Of a stretch of 64,000 nucleotides of DNA, positions 1 to 14,001 are shown piece after piece; within the stretch, counting starts at the first letter, position 1; each line of letters starts with the position of its first letter. This DNA comes from Hormiphora californensis. Its lineage: Eukaryota > Animalia > Ctenophora. Location of the stretch: NCBI GenBank assembly GCA_020137815.1, contig CM035357.1, positions 2,666,001 through 2,730,000 of the forward strand. The letters run 5' to 3'. Below the pieces are notes generated by a model. That model was not told the DNA's origin, ran no database searches, and saw only the letters and a program-made list of their open reading frames with translations. The translations under genes and the position numbers were made by a program.

Positions 1-20
1 ATGAACAACTATAATTTCAG

Positions 21-3000
21 GTTGACATCAGTTGTTCTGAGTTTGTTACAGTTGGACGGTTGCCAGATTGTGATGTCCCCTGTCTTCATCCCTCCATATC
101 TCGGTATCACGCTGTGTTCCAGCACAGGTCACCCGAGCAGGACAAACCAGGCGGGGTGTTCCTATTTGATTTGGGTGGAAATTATGGAACCACGATTAAT
201 AAAGTCAAGGTATCATGTTTTAGTATATCATAGGGTCAATATGTTTCTGACATATTGGGTGGATACTGAATACTTCTTAGCTGCCCACTGAAACCGTATC
301 TCCTGACTCCTCCAGGTCAAAGCAAAGACGTACTATCAAATGAAAACGGGATATGTGATCAAATTTGGAGCCAGTACTCGTCTTTACATTGTCAAGGTAA
401 TATGTATTAAAATTTAACTGCTCCTTCATAAAAACAACCATTGTTTTTTTTTACATGCTCCTTCATAAACACAGCCGTTCATTCCAGGGCCCACCAGATG
501 AGGCATTTGATGATGAAGAGGAGATGGCAGAGGCGAAAGAAGAAGCCCGGGCTGCCGCTAATTCTACCGAGGCAAGAATCAAGAAACTTGGGGCCGTTGC
601 TTCGGAGGAAGCTGAGATAATGCTGAGGATGTTCCGCCAGAGAGATGGGAAAGAGGAGGAGGAGAAGGAGGAGAATGTTGATGGAGTCAGCTGGATGGAG
701 TCAGCTGGGGATTCAGGTACAGTGGGACCACTATTTTGCCTGGTAAATCGGAATTCCGGTAAATCGGGGTCCAACTACACATGGTACACCTGGTACCTGG
801 TTCTTCGTCGTTCCCCCTTAGTTCGCACTGAAAAGTACACTTTTTAATTTAAAAACTCCATAACCCAGGGAAGACGCCAAGGATGAAGAGGAAGAGGGAG
901 GGGGAGATGGGGAGTTAACTATTGACATGGCCAAAATGGCTCGACCTGCTGAGTTCAAAGATCCTAAGAAAACATTTAGGTATCTATGTTCACTATACTT
1001 CACCCCGCCTTTACATACTGTACTAGATTACCATTTGCAGAGGTTTCTTTGAACGTGATTTGTAACCATGGTAACCCCCTATTTAGAAGTTTCTTTGAAC
1101 GTGATTTGTAACCATGGTAACCCCCTATTTAGAAGTTTCTTTGAACGTGATTTGTAACCATGGTAACCCCCTATTTAGAAGTTTCTTTGAACGTGATTTG
1201 TAACCATGGTAACCCCCTATTTAGAAGTTTCTTTGAACGTGATTTGTAACCATGGTAACCCCCTATTTAGAGGTTTCTTTGAGCGTGAGGGGAGAGAACT
1301 GGACTACCAAGTTACCGAGGAGAGGACGGGTAAAAGTAGGCACTACGTTTGTAAGGTCGAGCTACCCATCGACACTACAGAACCGGTCTACGCTGAAGGT
1401 TAGCTTTTCTATTTCTACATCTGATTAGTAATTAATTACTGTTGTAATTCTCACCTTTACATCAATTTATGGGGCAAAATGTTCTGTATCTAGAATCTCA
1501 CAAGTTCTAATACAAACCTATATTCTCAGGTAGCAGTAGCAAGAAGAAGGATGCAGTGTTAGCGTGTGCATTGAACGGGTGTCACCTACTAGATGCATAT
1601 AACGTCCTCCGCACCTCCAGAAAGGGCAATGAAGATATTGAGACTCGAGGACAGAAACTCGCAAAGAACGATTTCTATGACAGGTTATTATTATTATTAT
1701 GACTAAGAAAATAATTTGAGTTAGAATTTTATCAGAGAAGTCTGGATCAACATAGAGAGGGCGCCTTGAAAACGTTATTTTCCGGGTTAGGGGATGGGGA
1801 ACTATAAATTTCAATCGGACGTACATCATGTTCAACTTGTAAATCCGGTCGCTGAATTACTTCTTTATTCTTATAGCGACGAAGATACGTTCACGGATCG
1901 AACCGGAGAGATCGAGATGAAAAGAAAGCGAAGGATGGTAAAAGCGGGAGTTAAAGATTCTGTTAACTCCTCCAAAACTCATGACATGCTCACTGGCGAG
2001 CTGAAAGAGGTATTTGGGGGGATTCTGGTGTGGGAAACATGCCAAGTCTTACTCTCAGACAAATTTTCTAGGATACTACCCCCTCCCCCCCTAGAAATTA
2101 GAACCTATAAAGTCAACCCCCCCTCTCTCTACAGATGAACGAGGAGATAGGAAAGTTACAGAAGGTAGTCTCGGACAGCAAGGCAAAGACACAAACTGAG
2201 GATTTGGATGAATTCATGGCCAATGTTTCAGCCAACACGATTGATTCAGGTAACCATGGTAACCAGGTACACTGTAGTTTGTCTTCTTCTTCTTGGAGGC
2301 CGTCTCCATTGGTTGAGATTAAGGCTTGGTTGTTTGTCACCTTGCTGTGTCTGTATGTTTCCCACTTTGTTTCTATGATTTTTTCCCTTTCTCCAGGAAC
2401 GTTACGTGAGGCTAAAAAGAGGTTGTTCGATTTGAAGGAGAAGCGGGCAAAGTTGGAGAGATTGTGTGAGATGTCCAAACCAGTTGCCCTACCAGAGGTA
2501 CGTATGGTCGCCATGGTAACCAGTCATTTTTGGTAACCATGGTAACCAAGAATTCGTAAATAGTTACCATGACAACTAACAGTAACCAACGTATTTTCAG
2601 GTAAGAAAGCTAACATCCGTGCCCACTAACATTATGACCGGCCGGGTGGGTAAGATTTCGCTTCCTTCACGTCCTACTCCCCCTCCTACCAAAACACCTG
2701 CTGGTCCCTCCTTACCTGCTCCTTCATCAAAAATAACAATGAATATCGGTCTAAAAAAGAAGACAGAAGGAAACAGCTGGGAGAGAAGATAAACCCTCTA
2801 CCACTCCTACACCTGTGATAGAGACCCCATCTATCCCGATATCGAGTTTCGAATCAGTCTGGAAGCAACGGACGAACAATCAGATTCATACCAAGAACCA
2901 GTACCCGAAGATATAGATCAGTCAGCAGTGAAACGTGATCCCTCATCTACATCTGAAGGATTGAAACGTGATCCCTCATCAACATCTGAATCAGTGAAAC

Positions 3001-3216
3001 GTGATCCCCCATCTGAAGCAGTGAATCATGATTCCTCATCTGACCCGGTCACTAAGCCCTCTAAGAAGAGGAAGAAGAAGCCAGCCTGTAGCAGCGACAC
3101 TGGGGGATGATGTGAAGTGGGATGACGAGTATAGAGATGATTTTGTTAATTGGATGCCTCCCACTGGACAAACAGGAGACGGGCGGACCAAACTTAATGA
3201 GAAATTCGGGTATTGA
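21..3216 (+). CDS. SLC4A1AP: Kanadaptin (FHA domain plus dsRNA-binding-like domain), multi-exon, 5' end lies before the window
   Basis: Manually spliced GT-AG exons. 21-209 encodes FHA (VGRLPDCDVPCLHPSISRYHAVFQHR...FLFDLGGNYGT); 316-396 GYVIKFGASTRLYIVK; 488-716 GPPDEAF; ~1271-1398 GFFEREGRELDY; ~1530-1683 KKKDAVLACALNGCHLLD...FYDS; then DEDTFTDRTGEIE. The C-terminus NWMPPTGQTGDGRTKLNEKFGY* matches the kanadaptin end motif. The last large exon (~2600-3216) has apparent indel frameshifts. Confidence 0.92.
1041..1288. repeat. 46-bp tandem array (5 copies) duplicating a splice acceptor and exon start
   Basis: Unit AAGTTTCTTTGAACGTGATTTGTAACCATGGTAACCCCCTATTTAG. The last AG (1269-1270) precedes the exon AGGTTTCTTTGAGCGTGAG. 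Confidence 0.95.
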
Positions 3217-4118
3217 TAGACGGGTGGACCAAACTTAATGAGAAATTCGGGTATTGATTGATGTGCGGACCAAACTTAATGAGAAATTCGGGTATTGATA
3301 GACGGGCGGACCAAACTTAATGAGAAATTCGGGTATTGATAGATGGGCGGACCAAACTTAATGAGAAATTCGGGTATTGATAGACGGGCGGACCAAACTT
3401 AATGAGAAATTCGGGTATTGATTGACGGGCGGACCAAACTTAATGAGAAATTCGGGTATTGATAGACGGGCGGACCAAACTTAATGAGAAATTCGGGTAT
3501 TGATAGACGGGCGGACCAAACTTAATGAGAAATTCGGGTATTGATAGATGGGCGGGACAAACTTAATGAGAAATTCGGGTATTGATAGACGGGCGGACCA
3601 AACTTAATGAGAAATTCGGGTATTGATTGACGGGCGGACCAAACTTAATGAGAAATTCGGGTATTGATTGACGGGCGGACCAAACTTAATGAGAAATTCG
3701 GGTATTGATAGATGGGCGGACCAAACTTAATGAGAAATTTGGGTATTGATAGATGGGCGGACCAAACTTAATGAGAAATTCGGGTATTGATAGCCGGGCG
3801 GACCAAACTTAATGAGAAATTTGGGTATTGATTGATGGGCGGACCAAACTTAATGAGAAATTCGGGTATTGATTGACGGGCGGACCAAACTTAATGAGAA
3901 ATTTGGGTATTGATTGATGGGCGGACCAAACTTAATGAGAAATTCGGGTATTGATTGATGGGCGGACCAAACTTAATGAGAAATTCGGGTATTGATTGAC
4001 GGGCGGACCAAACTTAATGAGAAATTTGGGTATTGAATGATGGGCGGACCAAACTTAATGAGAAATTTGGGTATTGATTGACGGGCGGACCAAACTTAAT
4101 GAGAAATTTGGGTATTGA
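3178..4118. repeat. 41-bp tandem array (~23 copies) of the last kanadaptin codons plus stop
   Basis: Unit GACGGGCGGACCAAACTTAATGAGAAATTCGGGTATTGATA encodes DGRTKLNEKFGY*. The first copy is the true coding end. Confidence 0.97.
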
Positions 4119-4391
4119 GCTCCATCTCCGATTAGGACGGGGGACCAGAAATGCGGGTATTGATATACCCTGAATTCTCATTTATTGCTCACCAATTATA
4201 GGTGTGATATTTCAGACTATTGAAGGTGTTCTATTTGGGTGTTCCAGTATTTTATTTACATGTTTTTAATGTAGTGACGACCAAGCTTTACTCTGACCTC
4301 CTCTCAACATAACTAATTCCACTCAGCTCATCCCGGTAAATCGGGATCCTACTGTAAAATATTTTACTAATTCCACTCCGAATAATATAGG

Positions 4392-6327
4392 ATGCTAGGG
4401 GTATGGCGAGCGCTACTAAAAAGGGGAATGTCCCCAGCAGGACGACCAATATCAGTTGTAAGGGGTCTTGCTGAAGTAGCGCATTCCACTGAAAGTAATG
4501 TCGATCAGTATAGTGAGACAGAGGTAAGAACTCTAGAAGTGCTGTCACATTTGCCCGGCATGTTTTCTGACCATATATTGTCCAATAATCAGGTTCAGAA
4601 AGCTCGCAATCTTTCCCGGAATTTGAAGCAACACTCAACTATCCCTATCTTTCCCGGAATTAGAACCAACACTCAACTATCCCTATCTTTCCAAGAATTA
4701 GAACCAACACTCAACTATCCCTATCTTTCCAGGAATTAGAACCTACAGCTGATCAATATCTCGAAGAGGGTAGTTTCCACACCCGGACCCTGATTGTACA
4801 TGAGGCATTTCGGAAGTTCCGACCTCCCCGTGAAGCGTGGATATACCAGTTTAGTAATCCTGAACAGAAACGAGGTAACTAACATCACCATTAGTAACCA
4901 TGCTAGTAACCAAGGTAACCACTAGTTACATGTATTTGTAACCACTAGTTTCCTCTAGCAACCACTAGTAACCATTAGTTACCGCTAGTAATTCCACTAG
5001 TTACCATGGTAACCAGCCTTACTTCTCCAGGCTTGATAGAGCTCCACCCGGAAGTGTTTGCAGTTAATCCTCGTATTGATAAGATCCATGAAGTACTACA
5101 CTGGCAGGTGAGACTTATCACTCTCCTGGAGCGGGATTAGAGATGTTACAGCAACATTGCTGACACCAATTAACACTCCCCAATTAACGCTTCAATTAAC
5201 ACCCCAATTAACACATCTGTTAACACACATCTGTTAACACTCCCCTCTCCTACACCAGGATCTGTGTACACGAAAGGAAGTGATTGAATACATGAGATCA
5301 GAGCTGCCAGGCAGTGGGAAGAAGCTACGACCTCAGAAGGTATGGTGGAAAATTGCAGTCACTAAACTGAGTTTCACTGTTATCGTCCCCCTTCCGGCCC
5401 CTTTTATTTCTAATGAAATGTGTTACCCCCGTCTTTCCCAGTGGTTATCCGCCCCTTTTTTCTTTAATAAGTTATAATATTCTAACAACATGTTTTCCCC
5501 AGGGTATGGGTAAGGCTCGGATAAAGGATAAACGAGCCCCACAATTCAAGATGGGTGGTGTCCCCTTGGGGTTGAGACCCCGTGACTTTGGATATGATAT
5601 TGATCCAATGGACTTGGTTGCGGGATTTTCTGTGAGTTGCAATTACCAGCCGTCATGTCCCTCGTTTTCAACTTTCAAGCTCTCTAACTTCTTTAGTTGA
5701 CCAAACTGTTCTGACTAATGAGAATTTTACACGTTCAATATCCTGATCCTTATTTTCACAGGCAATCTGTTCTGACAAATGACTATTTAGTTGAAAATAC
5801 TACACGTATAATATATACCGAAATATGACCCTGATCCTTCTTTTCCAGGCTATCTGTACGACCAAGTTAGCCCAGGGGACCCTGATCATTGTGGACACCC
5901 TCAGTGGGGTGTCTGTCCCTGAAATGTCCGACTATAAGGACACCCTGTCAGGGGTGGACAGTGTCCTATTTGTGACTGGCTATGATCCCGGTCTGACGGC
6001 AGGACAGAATACCGAGATCTGCTTTCATCCGGGTATGTGGGTAGGGTGACGTGTGTGTGAGTTTTTGGTGTCACGCGTGATTTTTTATTCAACGCGTGAA
6101 TCTGGAAGTGTGACTTTGTAAGTTATTTGCATAATTTAAGTGAGTTAAACCAAAACCCCCTCTCAGGAATTGATCTTCTAACAACAGAAATGGTACACCC
6201 TCTCGCCATGGTGGATCACAATGTGGTAGTGATGGACTATGCCGCTGTGAGGCAACTGGAACAATGGGTCCTGGATTTGAAGGGGGAACATGGAATCGAG
6301 GAGAGAGTGGAGAATAGCCCCTTGTAG
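4392..6327 (+). CDS. MRPL4: Mitochondrial ribosomal protein uL4m
   Basis: Arg-rich presequence MLGVWRALLKRG. Spliced exons give REAWIYQFSNPEQKRG/LIELHPEVFAVNPRIDKIHEVLHWQ/...RSELPGSGKKLRPQK/GMGKARIKDKRAPQFKMGGVPLGLRPRD.../AICTTKLAQGTLIIVDTL, the uL4 family pattern. Stop at 6325-6327. Confidence 0.88.
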
Positions 6328-6696
6328 CTGCATGTACATATCACTTTAGAAATAGAAACGGGCAGATCAACCGGCCAATCAGTAGCTGGAGCCACATGCT
6401 AGCCTGTCTTGAACAAAAGCAAACATTAACTTGGAATCGCTGTTGGTATAACCTCGGTATAACCTCGGTATAAATGATTAGGATGAAACATTCAGCTGCA
6501 GTAGGGGTATGTGGAAGGTGCATAGAGAATATTTAACTTATTACTGTAAACTTTTATACTTTGTTCGTCTGTCATGAAATGTCCACACTGCTGGGATTTA
6601 CCCCTCTCTTTCGATTGGATCAATTTTTTAATAGTCGTCAAAAAATAACTCTCCTTTTTCGTTTAAACAACACTGTAATCAACCTTTCATTTAGCC

Positions 6697-9136
6697 ATGT
6701 CAGACTCAGAGGACGATGACCGGGTGGCAAAGTTGAATTTCAAAAAGGACAGGATTCATTTTGGAGGTCTGGATGAGGGGAAAAAGAAGGATATAAGAGA
6801 TGATTTACCACCTGGTGAAGAGGGATCAGACAGCTCCGAGGTAATCACATACTTTTTACCTTGCTCGACGAGGGTTTGAATATAACAACAGATTAGTTTT
6901 TTATTTGGGTCCTTTCCCCCCAGACATGCAGAATGGGTGACGTGGCAATGTCACTGATATCGTTATTAAATGACTTTTTATAATTAAGTTCGGGATTCAT
7001 TTCTTCTGTTAATTAACTATCCGTAATGTATTGATCCCCAGGAGGAGGGGGATGAAATGAAGACAGGAGAAGAAGAAGAAGAAGGGGCCCAGAAACTGGT
7101 TGAGTTCTCTGTCTCTGACGAAGTGGGCACTGATAAGGGAGGAAAATGTGAGTTAACTCGGATTTTTTGACTGTCACCCCAAACTCGTGCGTGCGTGTGA
7201 TATTTATCATTCATTGAATAATAATAATACCCCTCCCTACTATAATTTCCATTTCAGCTGTACAGACTGTGGTAGATGAGCACCAACAACAACTCCTACA
7301 CGAGTTGGAACAGAAGAAGAAAGCTCGAAACATTGCTGTGCCTACCGAGGATATCAAAGTGAAGGTGAGTAATGCCCATATATGGTGTTGTGTGTCACGT
7401 GATGTCCATATATGGTGTGTTGTGTGTCACTAACTGTGACATCCTTCATTATATTCACACGCCCCATTATCATTATAGGCAATGCTACGTGAGGCGGGTG
7501 AACCTATTTGTCTGTTTGGAGAAGGCCCCTATGAGAGACGAGAACGGTTGAAGGTGCTCCTCGTCTCGGCTGGTAAGTGGCAGTTACACATCTATGCCCA
7601 AATATGTTGTTGTGTGTCACGTGATGCCCATATATGGAGTTGTATATCACGTGATGCCTATATATGGTGTTGTATATCACGTGATGCCTATATATGGAGT
7701 TGAAATTTATCAATTATCCTTCTTTCAGGTAAACTATCAGGTGTGATAGCCTATACGGATGACACACCCACCCCTGCTATGGATGGTACTACTCAGGAGA
7801 AGAAACAAGAGGTGTGGTACCATGAGGGGTCAGGGGATCTAAAACGAGCAAGATACTTCATAGCAGGTACAATTTATTGCGTGGCAGGTACTTAATGTTG
7901 CACCCCACTGAGCAATCAATGTTTTTTGGACAACTCTTGCTCTACGATAATTAGCTATCTCTGAACACGTTTTATCTTCCCATCTACTGTCTCCGGCCCC
8001 TCCACTCTTATCTACTACACACCCCAATTTCAGAGTTCTCGGTTCCTGCGGCTAAAAAGCGGCTGAAAGAAATGCGTGATTGGCAGGGTATGAATCCTAC
8101 AATGAAACATTCGGAAAGGCAGGATGTTCACAAGTTTGTCCACACACTCAATAACGAGTGTTCTCAGATTGGAGATACGCGACCACTTAGGTCAGTACCA
8201 ATTAGTTACCGATTAGTTACCAATTAGTACCTCTTAGGTTATTAGTAACAGTTTTGTGAACCGTGTCCCCGTATATAACACACCATATTGTATCCTGTCC
8301 ATGTTATATGTACCACGGTGTGATTTCACAGCCATTTGTTTGACCACGTTAACAATTCATATCAGTTAGTTTGCTGTTGAATCTTTAATGTCAATTTAAG
8401 TCTTATTGTTTATATATGATTGTTATTGTTAGTTGTTGTTACTGTTTGTTTTAATCAAACTGATAACGTACTAGTTTTCAGCAGATTTTATAAATTCTAT
8501 TTTCGGTTATTAACTCTGGGTGAAATTGAAAGCAGACTTTGTATACCAAAACTAATTTGTAAATCTTGTAGATAAATTCTATTTTCTGCTCTGGGTGAAA
8601 TCACTGCATGGGGCCAAGGGCGGTGGGGTTGGCCCATTGTCCACCAAATTGCTTCAGATCATTGGTATAGGTCTTTTGTAGGCTCTACACAAATTGAGAG
8701 AGCTGTGAGGAGAGAGTGAGTTTTCTATAATAGTATGCTATCTGTACATGCTCACACTGTCTGTGATTATACTAGGTACTACTAGGATCGATTCCCATAA
8801 ATTTGGCCTATATCCTTCTCTCTTTGGCTATCTGAGAGAGAGGGAGACTCTCTCAGACTCGAGCGAGAGCTCTAGACTACGGAGAGAGAGCGATAGAGAG
8901 AGAGGAGACGAGAGAGAGAGAGCAGCGCGAGAGAGAGAGAGCTCTCTATCTATCATCGCTCTCGAGGCGAGAGCAGCATCTCTCGCTATAGATGCATCTC
9001 TCCCTCTCTGTGATAATCCTCACGTAGTGTCAATGTCCTTCATTATCCGGACTATGGGAGTTATACAACACTATTGTATGCTATTGAGCATGTGTTTGAT
9101 AATGCAAACCTAACTCTCTCTCACTCTCTCTCTCTC

Positions 9137-9172
<36 letters not shown>

Positions 9173-9469
9173 CTCTCTCCCCCCCCATTCTATTGCACAT
9201 AATATAACGTTGATCGTTCTGTGTGGGCTTTGTAAGGGGAGCACCAACCGCAGTTGACCCGTCAATGCTACTATAATCCCCCGATTATTCGCAACTATTA
9301 TATAAAGGCATGCCCTCCCCTCTCTCTCCCTCTCTCTCTATGTCTCTCTCAGACAACTCCCTCTGTCTCTCAGACAACTTTTGTTCCTTTTGTACCTTCT
9401 TTTCACAAATTCATTCTTTTGTTTCTCATTTTATGATTGTTCTACGCTGACCACAATAATGATTGACTT

Positions 9470-9558
<89 letters not shown>

Positions 9559-9957
9559 CTATATATCTCTCTCTCTATCTATCTATCTATCTATCTATAT
9601 ATCTCTCTCTCTCTATCTATCTATCTCTCTCTCTCTCTCTCTCTCCCCTCCCCCACCCAGCCATGACTATCCAATATTCATTTCTACGATTGTTTTTAGT
9701 TCTCTTGACGTTATACAACAACTACGACAATATCATTTTTCGGGAAGACTAAATAGTTTTCACAGCTTGAAACTAGAATGTGGGAGGGTTTCGGGGAGGG
9801 ACTCTCTGGCGCCCCCATTTGCGCTCAGATGGGGTCGACGGCACCAGACAGGGGAGGTACGGTGCCACCTTGCGCTTGCCAGCACAGTGATTATAATCCT
9901 TGATTCAAAAGTTGTACCCAACAATATTATCTCCATTCCCTCCATACCCCTAGCGCG

Positions 9958-9994
<37 letters not shown>

Positions 9995-12698
9995 CCTCTC
10001 TCCCTCTAAATGCTACAAAGTTTAGACCATGTAATCAGCCCCTCAACATCATATAGTATAATGATCTAGAGGTGCTTCCAAACTAGATCCTGCTTGTAAT
10101 TCTGCAGCGAAACATCTTCCCCAACAATCATGCTGTCTAAATTTGGTTTGGCTCAAGTGGTACTGTTGTATAAATTTACAGAAATTTATTCCCTTGGTGG
10201 TTTGGTGGTTCAATATGTTGATTTTCTCATATATGTATTGCCACGTCTCTAATTAGGTCCTGGCTTATCGTAATTATGGCTCATAATTATTCATAACTGT
10301 TCATCACCATAATAAGTATAGCCTTCGTCCCTATCATTATATGATTCGCTATATTTCTTTATTTTCTAATCGATAGATGGTGGTGAGCTCTATTTTAATA
10401 AGGTGTCCATAGTTACAAATTGTCCAGACCCTCACTTCGCTTCCCTTGTTGACTCTCTCAGACCCCCTCTCTCACTTCGCTCCCTGGTAAAGGAGGACCA
10501 GAGTTATATCATGACATCGAGACTTACAAGTCATCGAGACTCTAAATGGTAGGATGGTTCCTACAAGGGGAGACTACTCAGCAACTCACCCCATAACAGC
10601 TTTTGACTATAATCCTACTCATCTCATCAATGTTGTAACTCCATTCTCCAGTTCTAAACATGAATTGTTTATAGAGTTTGGAGTTGATGAGATGAGTAGG
10701 ATTAATATAGTCAAAAGCTGGTATGCACTTGAGGTGATTAGCTGCTTTCTTGTTTGTCCAATAACTCCCCAGTTGGTCCTCACTCCTCAGGTCTCTCATC
10801 TATCTCTCCTCTCCAATTTCCTGATACTTTCTAATCTCATTCCTTAACCTACAACTTCGCTAGATTCAATTGGTTTTAACCTATTGCATGCCTATTAAGT
10901 TTAACGTAATGTATAGCCCTGACCATACGTATTATGCTCGAGGTCAGATCGTGAACAGTAAATTATGGTATTGTCCCGGTAGGTTTAGGCAGGGGATGAT
11001 CCCCCATGTGTGCGGTATATGGGAAATACCGTAATTTCCTCAGAATTATTACGGGGAGTTACGCCGGTTACCAGTTCTCATGTTTTATTGGCCCTGTGTC
11101 CCTCTGCATCGAGGCCCTATCACACTGCACACTGACCGCATGGAAGTCCAAATAAACAGGTAATATGGTATGAGTCCTATTTGGGTACGTAGATAGGAAC
11201 GGGATGCCTCTTTGTGGGACGACTCTGCGGAGATACCGTAATAGGAGAGAGGTAGGAGAGGGGGGGCAGGGACGAAGTATACGTGCTATTGGTATGTGTC
11301 TCGATGCATAGAGGCTCCAGACGAGAACACGCACGCATGTATAGGTGCTCAAATAAAAACGTCCGTTCGTATGTTACGTACTAATATATCTCTAAGATGA
11401 GGATGTAAGGGGGGGGACGATCATAGGGCAATCGTCTGAATTGAACTCGACTGTGCCGCATAGCAATCTAAGCTGACTACGAAGAACTGAGCACGCGATA
11501 GCACAAGAAAAAGACCACAGACGAGTGAGCAATAGTTATAGAACCCTGATCGTACTATATCATCAATAGAGTTTCATATCTCTCAGCTCTATCAGTCTTA
11601 TCTTACCGTTCTTCTACCGGAAAAGTACGAGCAGCACAGCAGGTAGAAGTGCAGGAAGAAGTAAGCAATCGAGGAAGCTAATTTCATCTAACTGTGTCTT
11701 CGTGTACTACATCTCTTCTTCTCAATGATACTCTCTCTCTTCTTCTTCTCTCTTATCCTCTCTTCTCTAATAGGAGAAATAAGAGAGCAAGTCCTCTTCT
11801 TCTAAGCCTTCTTGAACCTATTCGCTCTCACGTCCCATACTATCTTTCGGCGTGAATCCAATCAAATCTCTCTAAGTGTTTTCTCATTTCTCGGTATTAC
11901 TATCTAGTGCATGGTTTATGCTCCTCTAAGTGTTATTAGCTCCCGGTCCATACGTGAACTTCAGAAACATGTTGTCACTCATTGGCTAAGGTAACTTTAA
12001 GTGTTCATGGTTTGTCCCCTATTGGCCTTCCCGTTATACAGAATGGTATATAGCTGCCGAGGTCAATGGAATTACTGTAAAATGTATGTCATTTGGTAAG
12101 GTCCTATTAGGCTGGGATCTGCACACCTCATGCTGCCTGTATCAATTGTACTAGCTCTCCGTGCTCTCAGAAGTCATATTACGGAGGGTAGAAGGGCATC
12201 GTTACCAAGTACTCTGTACTATTGTTTAGTTGGTTATGGTCACTCTGAATGAGGCCTCTATAACAGGACACTGGCCGCAATGTAATAGGTGTCCAAATAA
12301 CAAGGTTATGGAGTGGCTGTCTTAAGTGTACTTGTGACCTCTTAGCCCTGGAGACGTTCTCTAGGAGGACAACTCTAGGCTCTACGGTAGGCCTCTGGCT
12401 AGAGAACGTAGCAGAATAAAAAAAAAGAGCTAGTCATGCTCCTCGCAATCTCGACTCCATCTATACTCTCTCCTTTCCCATATCGTCCTATTATATCTCT
12501 CAGACTGGTGTGTATGTTAAACGCGCCTGGTCCGCTTATCCTGTCATGCAATAGAGGGTCTGCGAACTACATCTAACCTCAGAGCCATCATCTTACACGT
12601 AGAGAGTAACGAGAGACTCTGGAGCGTAGAGAAATCGGAGATAAGATACAGAGCAGGAAACGATGCAATCCGTACATCTCTCTCGTCCTCATCTCTAT

Positions 12699-12741
<43 letters not shown>

Positions 12742-13970
12742 CTCTCCCTCTCTCTCTATCCGGAAACATTACGAGCAGCACCAGCAGCTGCTTATCTCTG
12801 GAAGCCTCTGCTTGAGTTGGAGACTAGTTCGTCTCACGTGCCAACTTTCTGAGGCGCGTGGAAAGCTAAAAGAAGATCAAGATCTGGGGAACCTGGGAAG
12901 GGGATCTCTCTCCTAGTTAAAGTAACGATCTCTCCCTCTCTCTTTCCAAGTTTAAGTAAAGATCTCACCCTGCTCTCTCCTAGTTATAGTAACGATCTTA
13001 CATAGCTGGGAAGGAGAGTATATTATATTTTCTCAATTATTTCGAAGCTCTGTCATTGTTGTAAGAAATCTCGGACGAAATCTCAGTATGCTCTTATTTC
13101 CAGTCTTTTGTCTTCGATATTGCATCGTACCTGCTTCTCTCGCTATCCCTCTTTCTTTCTTTCTCTTTCTCTCTCACTCCCTTCCACTATCCATATCTAT
13201 CCCTATTATATTGAATATATCCACATTGTATGAGAAACCCACGATATATATATCAGTGATTGTCGTCTGGCGTGATTGTGTCTCCTACCCGGCAGATATA
13301 TATACCATGGCATTGGGGGAATACCGGTATATCTGTGGATGTGTGGTTCTCCCCGTTTGATTGTGTCTCCTACAATACCCGCAGCTATATTGGAATTCCC
13401 CCACATGTGGTTGAACCCCTTGATTGTGATACCATGTGTTTAATCGAGACGATTGTGGTGGGGTGCTAGGAGAGAGAGAGTGTGTACTGTGTGAGAGAGA
13501 GAGAGACAGAGAGAGAGAGAGACAGAGAGAGAGGGGAGAGAGATAGAGATATTTTAAGGGGCACATACATATAACATGATTGTTGTTAGGTATCTATTGT
13601 TACCTCACAAATCATAATATAAGCGATATCTCATTAAGTATAGTTTTTATATGGATCACGTCTTGTAACTGGGTGGCCAAATGCTCTGTGTATTTAGCTT
13701 GACCGAAGGGAACGGGTTACGTATAGAAAGGAGGGAGAGAGATGAAGAACGTAGAGAGGGAGGGAAGTAAAGGTGGAGTAACGGAGAGAGATATATGATG
13801 AGAGAGTAAGAGAGAGAGAGAGAGAGAGAGTGAGAGAGAGAGAGAGTGAGAGAGAGAGAGAGAGTAAGAGAGAGAGAGAGAGATGCAGAACGTAGAGAGA
13901 GAGAGAGGGAAGTAAAGGTGGAGTAACGGAGAGAGATATATGGTGAGATAGTAAGAGAGAGAGAGTAAGA

Positions 13971-14001
<31 letters not shown>

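Noticed and set aside
1700-1725. Spliced-leader-like end (AATAATTTGAG)
   Set aside because: Only a short AT-rich match inside an intron, with no recognisable SL RNA gene context.
3178-4118. CRISPR-like array
   Set aside because: Units are contiguous 41-mers with no unique spacers, derive from the kanadaptin coding end, and there are no cas genes in this eukaryotic context.
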